Source: Parcubacteria group bacterium GW2011_GWA2_40_143 (lineage in GTDB: Bacteria > Patescibacteriota > Minisyncoccia > UBA9983). Taken from it: a DNA stretch of 39,125 nt. The stretch is from assembly GCA_000996035.1 (NCBI GenBank), contig LBYH01000005.1:1-39125 (forward strand), written 5' to 3'. The translations under genes were made by a program, and so were the position numbers. The notes below the pieces were generated by a model, which was not told where the DNA came from, did not search any database, and saw nothing but the letters and a program-made list of their open reading frames with translations. How positions within the stretch are numbered: position 1 is the first letter of the stretch; each line of letters opens with the position of its first letter. This document shows, piece after piece, positions 1 through 11,083 of the stretch.

Positions 1-483
1 ACTGGTATTCGGATAAAATTTCTTTAAAACCAAAGAAGGAACGAGAGAAAAAATGATTACGGCGGCCGCTATAAAATAAATTACGCTAAGAGCAAAAGAA
101 TTAAAAGCTCCTTGTTCCGCTTCCACAAAAAGACCTATTAAAAAAGTAAAAGTGAACAAAAAAGCCAAAATATAAAGAATAGCGGTAATAGCAAAATTAA
201 AAATTATTAATTGTTTCCAACCAAAATTTCCTTTTAAAAGCATCTTCTCCGCGCGATAGAGAGAAAATATGTAAATCAAAGAACTTAGCGCAGCAGGAAT
301 AAACAAGAATATGACCGATAAAAAATCTATGTCGAAAAAGATATCAATCTCCCAATAGCCAAAAGAATAATAATGGATTGCAAAAAGGGACAAGAAAAAT
401 AGAAATATCGCGCTCTTCCATCTTATTCGCGGTTTTTGCTCTAAAGTGTTGTTTATTTGATTCGCTAAAAATGATTCATTCAT
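1..483 (-). CDS. Hypothetical multi-pass membrane protein, 3' end outside window
   Basis: Manual translation from ATG at 483: MNESFLANQINNTLEQKPRIRWKSAIFLFFLSLFAIHYYSFGYWEIDIFF..., open to position 1 with about four hydrophobic segments. Absent from the ORF track because there is no stop in the window. Confidence 0.75.
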   Translation of the reverse strand, partial: MNESFLANQINNTLEQKPRIRWKSAIFLFFLSLFAIHYYSFGYWEIDIFFDIDFLSVIFLFIPAALSSLIYIFSLYRAEKMLLKGNFGWKQLIIFNFAITAILYILAFLFTFTFLIGLFVEAEQGAFNSFALSVIYFIAAAVIIFSLVPSLVLKKFYPNTS

Positions 484-675
484 TTTTCTATATTTAGATT
501 TATTATACTCCTTCTATAGAAAAATGCAAACTTCGCAGCGCTACATTCAATAACTAATTGCAACACCTGTTTTCTCTAATAATACCTCAAGCGGAGTTTT
601 TCCGCCAAATCTTTTTCTTTGATGAGTATTTTTTGGAATAGTTCCTAATGAACTAGGAACTAGGAACTATTTGAT

Positions 676-705
676 TTGACACATACTGCCAGTCTCTCTT
701 ATAAT
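676..705 (+). promoter_or_regulatory. Sigma70-type promoter for groES-groEL
   Basis: TTGACA (676-681), 18-nt spacer, TATAAT (700-705); both hexamers are perfect consensus. Confidence 0.75.
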
Positions 706-753
706 CCAAGACATTAAAGGCTAATCGCGCAAAGCGAATCTAATAAAAGCAAT

Positions 754-2741
<1,988 letters not shown>

Positions 2742-2760
2742 TAAACAACAAAGTAGTAAA

Positions 2761-2798
2761 AAACAAAAACTTGGCTATTTATAGCCAAGTTTTTGTTT
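2761..2798 (+). terminator. Intrinsic terminator after groEL
   Basis: AAACAAAAACTTGGCTA-TTTA-TAGCCAAGTTTTTGTTT, perfect 17-bp stem with T-rich 3' arm. Confidence 0.85.
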
Positions 2799-2856
2799 AG
2801 CTTTAGATTGAGCATTGTAGTATTGATTTTTATATTTGACATAGTATAATGAGTGT

Positions 2857-3222
2857 GGTTTTACATCGCGCGACTGCTCCGCTTATAGCGGGGAGGAAAG
2901 TCCGAACACGTCCGGCTTTAAGCCGGAGGACGGTAGCGGGTAACGCCCGTCTGCCTCGCTTATAGCGTGGCAAGGGATGCGAGCAGAGACGTTGGCTTAA
3001 GAGATTAAGCCAAAGCCCTTATGGGGTTAGCTCGGGCGGAAACGCTCGGGGTGAAACGGCTAAATTCCTACCTACGCGCAAGGCCGTATTCTGTCAGGTT
3101 TAAAGCTTGACAGAAAGTGCCGCTTGACCGCCGGAGTAATTCGGCGGCTAGATAAATAGTCGCGCTTTGCTTTTCGCCATTTGGCGAGGCAAAGACAGAA
3201 TTCGGCTTATAGATGTGAAATC
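2857..3222 (+). ncRNA. rnpB: RNase P RNA (atypical architecture)
   Basis: GAGGAAAGTCCGAA (2893-2906) and ACAGAATTCGGCTTATA (3195-3211) with covarying P4 (CCGAA/TTCGG); P1 GGTTTTACATC/GATGTGAAATC; P2 GCGCGACT/AGTCGCGC; TATAAT at 2845-2850 upstream. Confidence 0.93.
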
Positions 3223-3229
3223 AAATATC

Positions 3230-3263
3230 AAACAATCCTTCGCTTACGGCGAAGGATTGTTTG
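3230..3263 (+). terminator. Intrinsic terminator after rnpB
   Basis: AAACAATCCTTCGC-TTACG-GCGAAGGATTGTTT hairpin. Confidence 0.85.
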
Positions 3264-3329
3264 TATAAATATCCATTTTTGTTTTATAATAAAGAAACAA
3301 ATAATTAACAGCTTATTAAAGTAAAAAAA

Positions 3330-5747
3330 ATGAATAATATTGAAAAAGAAACAGAAGCCGTAAAATTGTCGGATAAAAGTGAACTAAAGAAGAAAACACT
3401 TTCTTTTGAAAAAATTTCGTATTGGATTATCGGCGCGATTTTGTTTTTAATGCCTGTCTTTGTTTTTCCGAATTTTGTCGCTCCCGTTCATCCCATGAAG
3501 ACGACACTTTTTTTCGGGGGAGTTTTTGCCGCCGCCGCTTTTTGGCTTTTTGGCTTTTTTAAAAAAGGCTCAATCAAGTTTACCGGCAATGTTCTTTACT
3601 TCGTTTTCGGTTTAATGCTGGCGGTCTGGCTTGCTTCGTCTTTTTACTCATTAAACGCTGGCAATTCTTTTTTTGGCAAGATAAACAGCATAGAAACATT
3701 TTTCATGCTTTTGGCGATGGCGTTATATATGTTTCTTGTGTCAAATCATTTTAAGACGGAAAAAAGATTATTTAATTTTTTCTTGATTGTCTTTGTTTCC
3801 GCCGCCGTGGTTTTTATCTATCAAGCGGTTCACTTGCTTTTGGGTTTTGATCTTTTGCCTTTGGCTTATTTTAAACCAAAGGCGGCCAACCTTGTGGGTA
3901 AATGGAACGACTTTTCAATATTTTTTGGTTTGATTGGCGTATTATCTTTGGTATTTTTCCGGACATTTAAATCAAGCGCGATGGTCAAAACGATTCTTAT
4001 CGCCGCTTTGGCGACAACGGTCATCGTCCTTGTTTTTACAAACTTTCTTTTAAATTGGATTGTGCTTGGTTCCATCGCTCTGATTGTTTTAGTATATTCT
4101 TTATTTAAGAAAGATATTAAGAACAAGATTAAAACAATAAAAGTTCCGCTTTTGTTTATTGTTTTGGCTTTATTTTTTATACTCTTTAGAGGTATTTCCG
4201 GCGATATTTCCACGAGCGTCGGTCTTGGCACTTCCGAAGTGAGACCGGCTTTCTCTTCCACCATGAGCATTGCAAAAGGCGTTATCAAGGAGGGACCGGT
4301 TCGCGCCGCGCTCGGGAGCGGTCCGAATACTTTTTCAATTCTATGGGCTAGAATGAAGCCGCTTAGCGTGAATAACACCATCTTTTGGAACACGAATTTT
4401 CCTTCGGGGCTGGGGCACGCGCCAACACTCTTGGCCACAACCGGTATTTTGGGCGGACTTTCTCTCTTGTTTTTTGCCATTATGTTTTTAAAACAAGGAC
4501 TTTACGTGTTTAAGAGTGGGCGCGCTGACGGAGACTTTTTAACCGCTGTCGGTTGGGCGTCATTTTTGGGCGCGGCTTATCTTTGGATTATGATTGTGTT
4601 TTATACTCCAGGGATAGTTATCATGTCTTTGGCGTTTGCTTTAACCGGCATAATGATTTCCACTTTGTCCTTATTAAGAAACAGCAAAGAGAGGGAATTG
4701 TCTTTCGCGGGCAAGAAGATGGGCTTTATTTTTAGCGGGGTGATTTTGGTAATGATTATAGGCGCGGCGGCTCTCTTCTATATGCAAGCCTCTAAATTTT
4801 TGGCTCTTGGTTATTATGGAAAGGGGGTAAAAGCATTTAATATCAACGGCGATATTGGTGTCGCTGAGAATAATCTTAAAAAGGCGGTTTTTTTAGACGG
4901 AAATCAAGATGAGTATAGAAGATCTTTGGCGGAGCTTGGTTTGGTTAAAATTAACAGCGGTGTTTATAAGCCGGGAGAATCGGAAGAAGAAACGATAAAA
5001 TTTGGCGAAGCTCTAAACTATTCCATAGAAGTTGCCAAAATGGCGACAAAAGTTGATAGTTTAAGCGCTGAGAACTGGATGCAATTGGGCGGCGTGTATG
5101 AATTGGCCGCCAAGTATGGAATAGAGAATGCCGAGGAAATGGCGATGGTTTCTTATCAAGAAGCAGCTAAAGTTTCTCCTTTGAATCCCAATCCGTTTTA
5201 TTTGGCGGCAAGATTAAAGTTCTTGCTTGGTAAGAACAGCGAAGCCAAGGAATATTTAGATTACGCTCTTTCTCTAAAGCCGGATTTCGCTTCCGCGCTT
5301 TATCTCGCGGCGCAAATTCAAATTAAAGAAGGGAATACAAAAGAGGCCATTATGAAGATGATACAAGCGGCTGTTGCCGCGCCCGGAGATATCGGATTGC
5401 ATTTCCAGTTGGGCGTGCTTGCTTACCAAAATAAGGATATGGAAACGGCTCGTCTGGCTTTTGAAAAAGTAATTCTTCTCAATCCATTTTACGCCAATGC
5501 CAAGTATTTTCTCGGCTTGATATATGACGGACAGGGTTTAAACGAACAAGCTTTGGAGCAGTTTAAAGGAATACTTGAAACCAATCCCGGCAATAAAGAA
5601 GTGGAAAAGATAATTCAAAATATTTTGAGCGGCAAGGGCGCTTTGAGTGGTGTTGCCACGCTACAAGGCGTTAATCCTCCAATTTCCGATAAAACAGATG
5701 ACAAGTTAAAAGAACCGAACGAGATTGAAGATAAAAAATCCGAATAA
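3330..5747 (+). CDS. Polytopic membrane protein (O-antigen-ligase-like) with C-terminal TPR repeats
   Basis: More than 12 hydrophobic segments, LGSGPNTF loop motif, and TPR-like repeats (WMQLGGVYE, HFQLGVLAY, AKYFLGLIY...NP). Ligase-like call is by motif resemblance only. Confidence 0.6.
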   Translation: MNNIEKETEAVKLSDKSELKKKTLSFEKISYWIIGAILFLMPVFVFPNFVAPVHPMKTTLFFGGVFAAAAFWLFGFFKKGSIKFTGNVLYFVFGLMLAVWLASSFYSLNAGNSFFGKINSIETFFMLLAMALYMFLVSNHFKTEKRLFNFFLIVFVSAAVVFIYQAVHLLLGFDLLPLAYFKPKAANLVGKWNDFSIFFGLIGVLSLVFFRTFKSSAMVKTILIAALATTVIVLVFTNFLLNWIVLGSIALIVLVYSLFKKDIKNKIKTIKVPLLFIVLALFFILFRGISGDISTSVGLGTSEVRPAFSSTMSIAKGVIKEGPVRAALGSGPNTFSILWARMKPLSVNNTIFWNTNFPSGLGHAPTLLATTGILGGLSLLFFAIMFLKQGLYVFKSGRADGDFLTAVGWASFLGAAYLWIMIVFYTPGIVIMSLAFALTGIMISTLSLLRNSKERELSFAGKKMGFIFSGVILVMIIGAAALFYMQASKFLALGYYGKGVKAFNINGDIGVAENNLKKAVFLDGNQDEYRRSLAELGLVKINSGVYKPGESEEETIKFGEALNYSIEVAKMATKVDSLSAENWMQLGGVYELAAKYGIENAEEMAMVSYQEAAKVSPLNPNPFYLAARLKFLLGKNSEAKEYLDYALSLKPDFASALYLAAQIQIKEGNTKEAIMKMIQAAVAAPGDIGLHFQLGVLAYQNKDMETARLAFEKVILLNPFYANAKYFLGLIYDGQGLNEQALEQFKGILETNPGNKEVEKIIQNILSGKGALSGVATLQGVNPPISDKTDDKLKEPNEIEDKKSE

Positions 5748-5749
5748 CC

Positions 5750-7429
5750 ATGGTAAAGAAGATTCTCAGGATTTTTAATTATGAACTTGGCGGCCTGCAC
5801 AAGGCCGCCTTGGTTTTGGCTTTCTCCTCTGTTATTTCGGCTTTTCTGGGTATCTTTAGAGACAGATTACTCGCCTCCAAATTTGGCGCTAGCGAATCTC
5901 TGGACATATATTACGCCGCTTTTAAAATTCCTGATCTTCTTTATATTGCACTTTTATCTTTGGTTTCCGTTACTGTTCTTATTCCGATATTTTTGGATAA
6001 AAATTACAAATCGCAAAAAGAAGCCGGCCGATTCTTAAATGGCATATTAACTTCTTTTTTGCTGGCTGTCGCCGCGCTTAGCGTGGCGGCTTTTTTTGCC
6101 ACTCCTTACTTTGTCGGTCTGGTGGCGCCAGGTTTTGGCGATGAGGCAAGCGCCAAATTGATTTTAGTCACCAAGGTGTTGCTTTTATCACCGCTTTTTT
6201 TAGGGCTTTCCAACCTTCTTTCAAGCGTAGTTCAATCTTACAATAAGTTTTTTATCTACGCCCTTAGTCCTGTTTTTTACAATGCTGGCATTATTTTCGG
6301 CATAGTCTTTTTTTCAGAAAAGTATGGATTGGTCGGGGTGGCCATGGGTGTGGCTTTTGGGGCATTTCTGCACCTTGCGGTTCAGTTGCCTACCGTTTTT
6401 AAATTGGGCTTTATCCCTATGGCGAGTCTTAAAATAAATCTCAAAGAAACTCTAATGGTGGCTAAAATGTCTTTGCCGCGCACCTTTGGATTGGGGCTTA
6501 ATCAAATCGCTTTAATTTTTATAACCGCCTTTGCTTCTTTTCTCGGCGCGGGCAGTATTGCCGTGTTTAATCTTTCTTTTAATTTGCAGTCGGTTCCTTT
6601 GGCGGTAATAGGAGTCAGCTACAGCGTAGCCGCTTTCCCCACTCTGGCAAAGTATTTTGTAAGAAATCAGAAAGAAGAATTCAACGCGCACGTGGTGGCG
6701 GCCGCGAGGCAGATCTTGTTTTGGTCGGCGCCGGTGTCCGCTCTGGTGATAGTGTTGCGCGCTCAAATAGTAAGAGTTATTCTGGGCGCCGGAGAATTTG
6801 GCTGGCGCGACACCAGACTTACCGCCGCCGCGTTGGCTATCTTTGCCGTTTCGGTTACGGCTCAAGCTGGTATCATTCTTTTTACAAGAGCTTTTTACGC
6901 CGCAGGCAAAACATGGAAACCGGTCGTAATCAATCTGGTATCCACTGTTTTTATAATTATCGCTTCTTTTTTTTCTTTAAAATTCTTCGGAGCCTTCGCT
7001 AGTCACGAGGCAGTCATAAAAGAAGCGTTGAGAGTCGGCGATGTGGCTTCATCCGGCGTGTTGGCTTTGCCGGCGGTATTTTCCATGGGAATGATTTTGA
7101 ACGTGTTTCTTTTGTTAATTATTTTTCAGAAAGAATTCGGCTCAATATGCCAATTGTTGGCAAAAACTTTTTTTCAGGTTGTTTTTTCTTCTTTCGCTTT
7201 AGCCACCGTGTCTTATCTCTCTCTTAATATTTTTGATGATATTTTTGATATAAACACTTTTATTGGAATATTTTCTCAAGGCGCTTTGGCGGCCGCTTTC
7301 GGTTTTGCCGCGTGGTATCTTGTTTTAAAGTTCATGAAAAGCAACGAACTTGAAGAAATTGCCAAATCTCTAAGACAAAAATTCTGGAAAACAAATGTCA
7401 TCGCTCCGGAACCGGACAGGATAGATTAA
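5750..7429 (+). CDS. murJ: Lipid II flippase MurJ/MviN
   Basis: LGIFRDRLLA..FGAS..DIYYAAFKIPD, PLAVIGVSYSVAAFPTLA, RAFYA...TWKPV; about 14 TM segments. Confidence 0.9.
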   Translation: MVKKILRIFNYELGGLHKAALVLAFSSVISAFLGIFRDRLLASKFGASESLDIYYAAFKIPDLLYIALLSLVSVTVLIPIFLDKNYKSQKEAGRFLNGILTSFLLAVAALSVAAFFATPYFVGLVAPGFGDEASAKLILVTKVLLLSPLFLGLSNLLSSVVQSYNKFFIYALSPVFYNAGIIFGIVFFSEKYGLVGVAMGVAFGAFLHLAVQLPTVFKLGFIPMASLKINLKETLMVAKMSLPRTFGLGLNQIALIFITAFASFLGAGSIAVFNLSFNLQSVPLAVIGVSYSVAAFPTLAKYFVRNQKEEFNAHVVAAARQILFWSAPVSALVIVLRAQIVRVILGAGEFGWRDTRLTAAALAIFAVSVTAQAGIILFTRAFYAAGKTWKPVVINLVSTVFIIIASFFSLKFFGAFASHEAVIKEALRVGDVASSGVLALPAVFSMGMILNVFLLLIIFQKEFGSICQLLAKTFFQVVFSSFALATVSYLSLNIFDDIFDINTFIGIFSQGALAAAFGFAAWYLVLKFMKSNELEEIAKSLRQKFWKTNVIAPEPDRID

Positions 7430-7472
7430 TTCCAAGTGGAGTTTTATGGGCTATTCTGCTATTATTTAGCGC

Positions 7473-9263
7473 ATGAATAGCAGTAATATACGTAACTTTT
7501 CTATTATAGCCCATATTGATCACGGCAAGAGTACTCTTGCCGACAGGATTCTTGAGATAACCGGCTCGGTTGAAAAGAGAAAGATGAAAGAGCAATTGCT
7601 TGACTCAATGGAATTGGAAAGAGAAAGGGGAATAACGATTAAAATGCAACCGGTGAGAATGAAGTTTAAGGATCATGTTTTAAATCTAATAGACACACCC
7701 GGCCACATTGATTTTAATTACGAAGTTTCCAGAGCACTAAAGGCGGTGGAGGGTGCCGTTTTACTCGTTGATGCCACGCAAGGCGTGCAAGCGCAAACCA
7801 TCACAAACGTGGAAATGGCGAAATGTCTCGGCTTGGTGATAATACCTGTTTTAAACAAAATAGATCTGCCAACGGCGAGGATAGATGAAGTTAAAAAAGA
7901 AGTAATGGAATTTTTGGAATGCGGCGAAGAAGAAGTTTTGCAAGTTTCCGGCAAGACCGGCGCCGGCGTGGAAGAGCTCTTGAGCGAGATTGTAAAACGC
8001 GTTCCTCCGCCCAAAGAAGAAATATCAAGCGGAGCGAGAGCCATCGTGTTTGACTTTGAATATTCACTCCATCAGGGAATGATTGTGTACGTAAGAGTAA
8101 CCGATGGCGAGATAAAAAAAGGCGATCAGCTCAAGCTTTATCAAGCGGGAGAAATATTTTCAGTCGGTGAGATCGGTTTCTTTTCGCCGGAAAAAAAGCC
8201 GGCAGATTCTCTTTCCGCCGGCGAGATCGGTTATATCGTTACCGCCATAAAAAAGGCCAGCATTGGCACGGTGGGAGACACGGTGGTATCCGTTAAAGAG
8301 CCGCTGTCGCCGCTGGGCGGCTATATGCAGCCTAAACCCGTGGTATGGGCCAGCATCTATCCGGAATCGCAAGAAGATCTGGCGGAGTTCAGACGCTCGC
8401 TTGAGAGACTCAAACTCTCAGATAGCTCGCTCTCTTTTGAAGAAGAGCAAAGTGGATCAATGGGGCGGGGCTTTAGATGCGGCTTTTTGGGGATGCTTCA
8501 TTTGGAAATAGTGATAGAAAGACTTAAAAGAGAATTTAATCTTAATCTTGTGGTGGCAATGCCGACTATCACTTACAAGGTGTTACTCATGGACGACAAA
8601 GAAGTGGAAATTTATTCTCCTAATCTTTTTCCTGAAGAGAATCTTATTAAAAAAGTTTTTGAGCAGTGGGTTGATATGCAGATAATAATACCGCCGGACA
8701 GGCTCGGCGGCTTAATGCCGCTGCTTTACGAGCACGAGGCGGAAGTGGGCGAGATGGAGCAATTCGGCAAGAGCAGAAATATAATAAACGCTAAAATGCC
8801 GCTGAGAGAATTGATGAGAAACTTTTTTGACGAACTTAAAAGCGTTACATCCGGTTACGGTTCTTTAAGTTATAAAATATCGGGCATGAGGGAAGCGCCA
8901 AACGGCAGTATCGTGAAGCTGGATATTTACGTGGCGGAGGAGATAATTCCGGCTTTTTCAAAAATTGTGAGCAAAGCGCGGGTGGAAAAAGATGCCGAGG
9001 TGGCGGTGGAGAAACTTAAAGATCTCATACCAAGAGCGCTTTTTGCCATTAAGATTCAGGCCAAGGCGCTTGGCAGAATATTGGCTTCAAGATCTATCAC
9101 TCCGCTTAAAAAAGACGTTACCGGTTATTTGTACGGAGGAGATATAACCAGAAAAAAGAAACTCTGGGAAAAACAAAAAAGAGGCAAAGAAAAACTCAAA
9201 AAACTTGGCAAAGGCAACGTAAATATCCCCCAGGATGTGTTTGTGAAAATGATGCAGGGGTGA
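7473..9263 (+). CDS. lepA: Elongation factor 4 (LepA)
   Basis: IRNFSIIAHIDHGKSTLADR, ERERGITIK, DTPGH, NKID, GFRCGFLGMLH, GGDITRKKKL. Confidence 0.98.
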   Translation: MNSSNIRNFSIIAHIDHGKSTLADRILEITGSVEKRKMKEQLLDSMELERERGITIKMQPVRMKFKDHVLNLIDTPGHIDFNYEVSRALKAVEGAVLLVDATQGVQAQTITNVEMAKCLGLVIIPVLNKIDLPTARIDEVKKEVMEFLECGEEEVLQVSGKTGAGVEELLSEIVKRVPPPKEEISSGARAIVFDFEYSLHQGMIVYVRVTDGEIKKGDQLKLYQAGEIFSVGEIGFFSPEKKPADSLSAGEIGYIVTAIKKASIGTVGDTVVSVKEPLSPLGGYMQPKPVVWASIYPESQEDLAEFRRSLERLKLSDSSLSFEEEQSGSMGRGFRCGFLGMLHLEIVIERLKREFNLNLVVAMPTITYKVLLMDDKEVEIYSPNLFPEENLIKKVFEQWVDMQIIIPPDRLGGLMPLLYEHEAEVGEMEQFGKSRNIINAKMPLRELMRNFFDELKSVTSGYGSLSYKISGMREAPNGSIVKLDIYVAEEIIPAFSKIVSKARVEKDAEVAVEKLKDLIPRALFAIKIQAKALGRILASRSITPLKKDVTGYLYGGDITRKKKLWEKQKRGKEKLKKLGKGNVNIPQDVFVKMMQG

Positions 9264-9266
9264 GTC

Positions 9267-9296
9267 GAGCAAATGATACTGTTTCGTAATTCAAAG
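9267..9296. repeat. Solo arm of the 36876-37016 inverted-repeat element
   Basis: GAGCAAATGATACTGTTTCGTAATTCAAAG is the reverse complement of 36876-36905 at 28/30 positions. Confidence 0.85.
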
Positions 9297-9300
9297 ATTA

Positions 9301-9414
9301 CTAATAAAAGGCCGGCAATATGAGAGACATAATCATGCCAAGAGCGGCTATGATGCTGATGACTGTCCAAATGATTTGGTGTCTTCTTTTTTGGCGATGG
9401 GTTTTTCCTAACAT
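9301..9414 (-). CDS. Small single-TM protein (37 aa)
   Basis: Manual translation MLGKTHRQKRRHQIIWTVISIIAALGMIMSLILPAFY*: basic N-terminus then one hydrophobic helix. Fills the lepA-divIC gap; TATTAT lies 6 nt upstream of the ATG. Confidence 0.7.
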   Translation of the reverse strand: MLGKTHRQKRRHQIIWTVISIIAALGMIMSLILPAFY

Positions 9415-9434
9415 ATTGGTATAATAATATTTAT

Positions 9435-9818
9435 ATGCTGGAATTTCAAGAAAAACAAAAAACCAGAAAACTTATATATTCAAATTGGAGCTTGATGATA
9501 CTTTCAATAGCTGCTGTTCTTATGTTTTTTTCTCTCGCTAAGATTTATGTAAAAAGCAGAGAAGCCAAAGCTAAAAACGAGGAAATAATAAATATTCTTG
9601 AAACGGCAAAAGAAAGGGGACTAAGCATAAAAGAAGGAATAGAGCGTCTTGAAGGAGAGTTTGGAGCGGAAAAGGAAATTCGCGACAGATTTGACGTGGC
9701 GAAACCGGGCGAGAAGGCGATTGTGATAATAAACAGATCGGAGGAAACTCCATCGCCGCCGGAAAAAAAGGAAAGCTTTATTCTTAAGCTCTGGCATGTT
9801 ATAAATATCTTTGATTAA
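9435..9818 (+). CDS. Septum formation initiator family (FtsB/DivIC-like)
   Basis: N-terminal TM, coiled coil, then EKEIRDRFDVAKPGEKAIVI, the typical DivIC signature. Confidence 0.8.
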   Translation: MLEFQEKQKTRKLIYSNWSLMILSIAAVLMFFSLAKIYVKSREAKAKNEEIINILETAKERGLSIKEGIERLEGEFGAEKEIRDRFDVAKPGEKAIVIINRSEETPSPPEKKESFILKLWHVINIFD

Positions 9819-9831
9819 GCTTTAGAAAAAA

Positions 9832-9902
9832 GCGGAATTGGTTTAGTGGTAGAATGCGACCTTCCCAAGGTTGAGACACGGGTTCGATTCCCGTATTCCG
9901 CA
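9832..9902 (+). tRNA. tRNA-Gly (CCC), CCA not encoded
   Basis: Acceptor GCGGAAT/ATTCCGC, anticodon arm CGACC-TTCCCAA-GGTTG, T arm ACGGG-TTCGATT-CCCGT. Confidence 0.96.
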
Positions 9903-9942
9903 AAACTTTTATTTAAGACGATAATTTGTTATTATGGGTGTC

Positions 9943-10833
9943 ATGATAGACATTAAAGAGAATGAATCGCTTTCAAAACATACCACCTTTAAACTGGGCG
10001 GGCCGGCTCGGTATCTTGTAGCGGCCAAGACAAAAGAAGATATTATTGAGGCGGTAAATTTTGCCAAAGAGAAGGAACTGCCTTTCTATATACTTGGCGG
10101 TGGCAGTAATATTTTGATAAGAGACGAGGGATATAACGGCGTGATTATCAAACCGCAGATCGGGGGAGTAAGAATTGAAGAAGATAGAATTATTGCCGGC
10201 GCCGGCGCTTTGCTGAGTCAGGCCATGAACATGTCTATCCAAAGCGGCTTGGCCGGCTTGGAGTGGGCGGCAGGGGTGCCAGGCGCCACAGGCGGAGCCA
10301 TAAACGGTAATGCTGGCGCTTACGGCCAATCCATGTCCGATCTTGTTGAATCGGTTTTGGTTTTGGAAGAAGACTTAAATGGAAATTGGATTGAGAAAAA
10401 ATATAAAATGGAAGATTGTGGCTTTTTATACAGAAAAAGTTGCTTTAAAGACAAGGAGAATAAAAAATTTATTATAGAAACAGAGCTTAAATTGCGTAAG
10501 GGTAATAAAGAGGAAAGTATGGCCAAGATAAAAGACATCCTCACGCAAAGAAGAGAAAAAGTGCCGCCGCAGCCTTCCGCCGGATGCGTGTTTAAAAATA
10601 TAAAATCGCCGGACGGCAAGGAGCTTATTCGCGCCGTAGGCCCTCTTATACAAGAATGCGGACTTAAGGGTGTGAGAGTGGGTGGCGCGGAAGTGTCTCC
10701 CGTGCACGCCAATTATATAGTAAACGCCGATAACGCCACTTCGCAAGACGTGATTGATTTGATAAAAATTGTTCAGGAAAAGGTCAAAGAAAAATTCAAT
10801 ATGGATTTGGAGACGGAAATCGTCGTATTGTAG
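9943..10833 (+). CDS. murB: UDP-N-acetylenolpyruvoylglucosamine reductase
   Basis: LSKHTTFKLGGPA, LGGGSNIL, GNAGAYG, YRKS, PSAGCVFKN (Cys at the usual Ser position), HANYIVN. Start 9943 preferred over 9934 because TGTTATTAT lies 7 nt upstream. Confidence 0.95.
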   Translation: MIDIKENESLSKHTTFKLGGPARYLVAAKTKEDIIEAVNFAKEKELPFYILGGGSNILIRDEGYNGVIIKPQIGGVRIEEDRIIAGAGALLSQAMNMSIQSGLAGLEWAAGVPGATGGAINGNAGAYGQSMSDLVESVLVLEEDLNGNWIEKKYKMEDCGFLYRKSCFKDKENKKFIIETELKLRKGNKEESMAKIKDILTQRREKVPPQPSAGCVFKNIKSPDGKELIRAVGPLIQECGLKGVRVGGAEVSPVHANYIVNADNATSQDVIDLIKIVQEKVKEKFNMDLETEIVVL

Positions 10834-10876
10834 CGCGACTTGGTAAGCGATTTTAAATTATGTATAATAAAATACA

Positions 10877-11071
10877 ATGAAAAATAATTGGTTAAGCTTA
10901 ATACTCGGTTTATTTCTAATCATTTTTGCTTTTTTAGGTTTGCCTTCAAGCGTGAAGAATAAGATGCTTATCGGAGTTGGAACAGTCGTGGCGATCTTAT
11001 CTTTTAGGGAGATTGCCGGCAAAAAGGTTGCGATAAATATGCCGGAATCCAATACAGACGGTGCGAATTAA
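10877..11071 (+). CDS. Small two-TM hypothetical protein
   Basis: 64 aa, two hydrophobic helices around FLGLPSS; TATAAT 8 nt upstream. Confidence 0.7.
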   Translation: MKNNWLSLILGLFLIIFAFLGLPSSVKNKMLIGVGTVVAILSFREIAGKKVAINMPESNTDGAN

Positions 11072-11083
11072 GCTTTTTTCAAA

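Noticed and set aside
9125-9370. 81-aa minus-strand ORF overlapping the lepA end
   Set aside because: Non-ATG start and overlap with lepA; the 9301-9414 frame gives a more protein-like product with a promoter.
10570-10600. Cys replacing the catalytic Ser in MurB as a novelty
   Set aside because: Cys-type MurB variants are already known; noted in the feature only.
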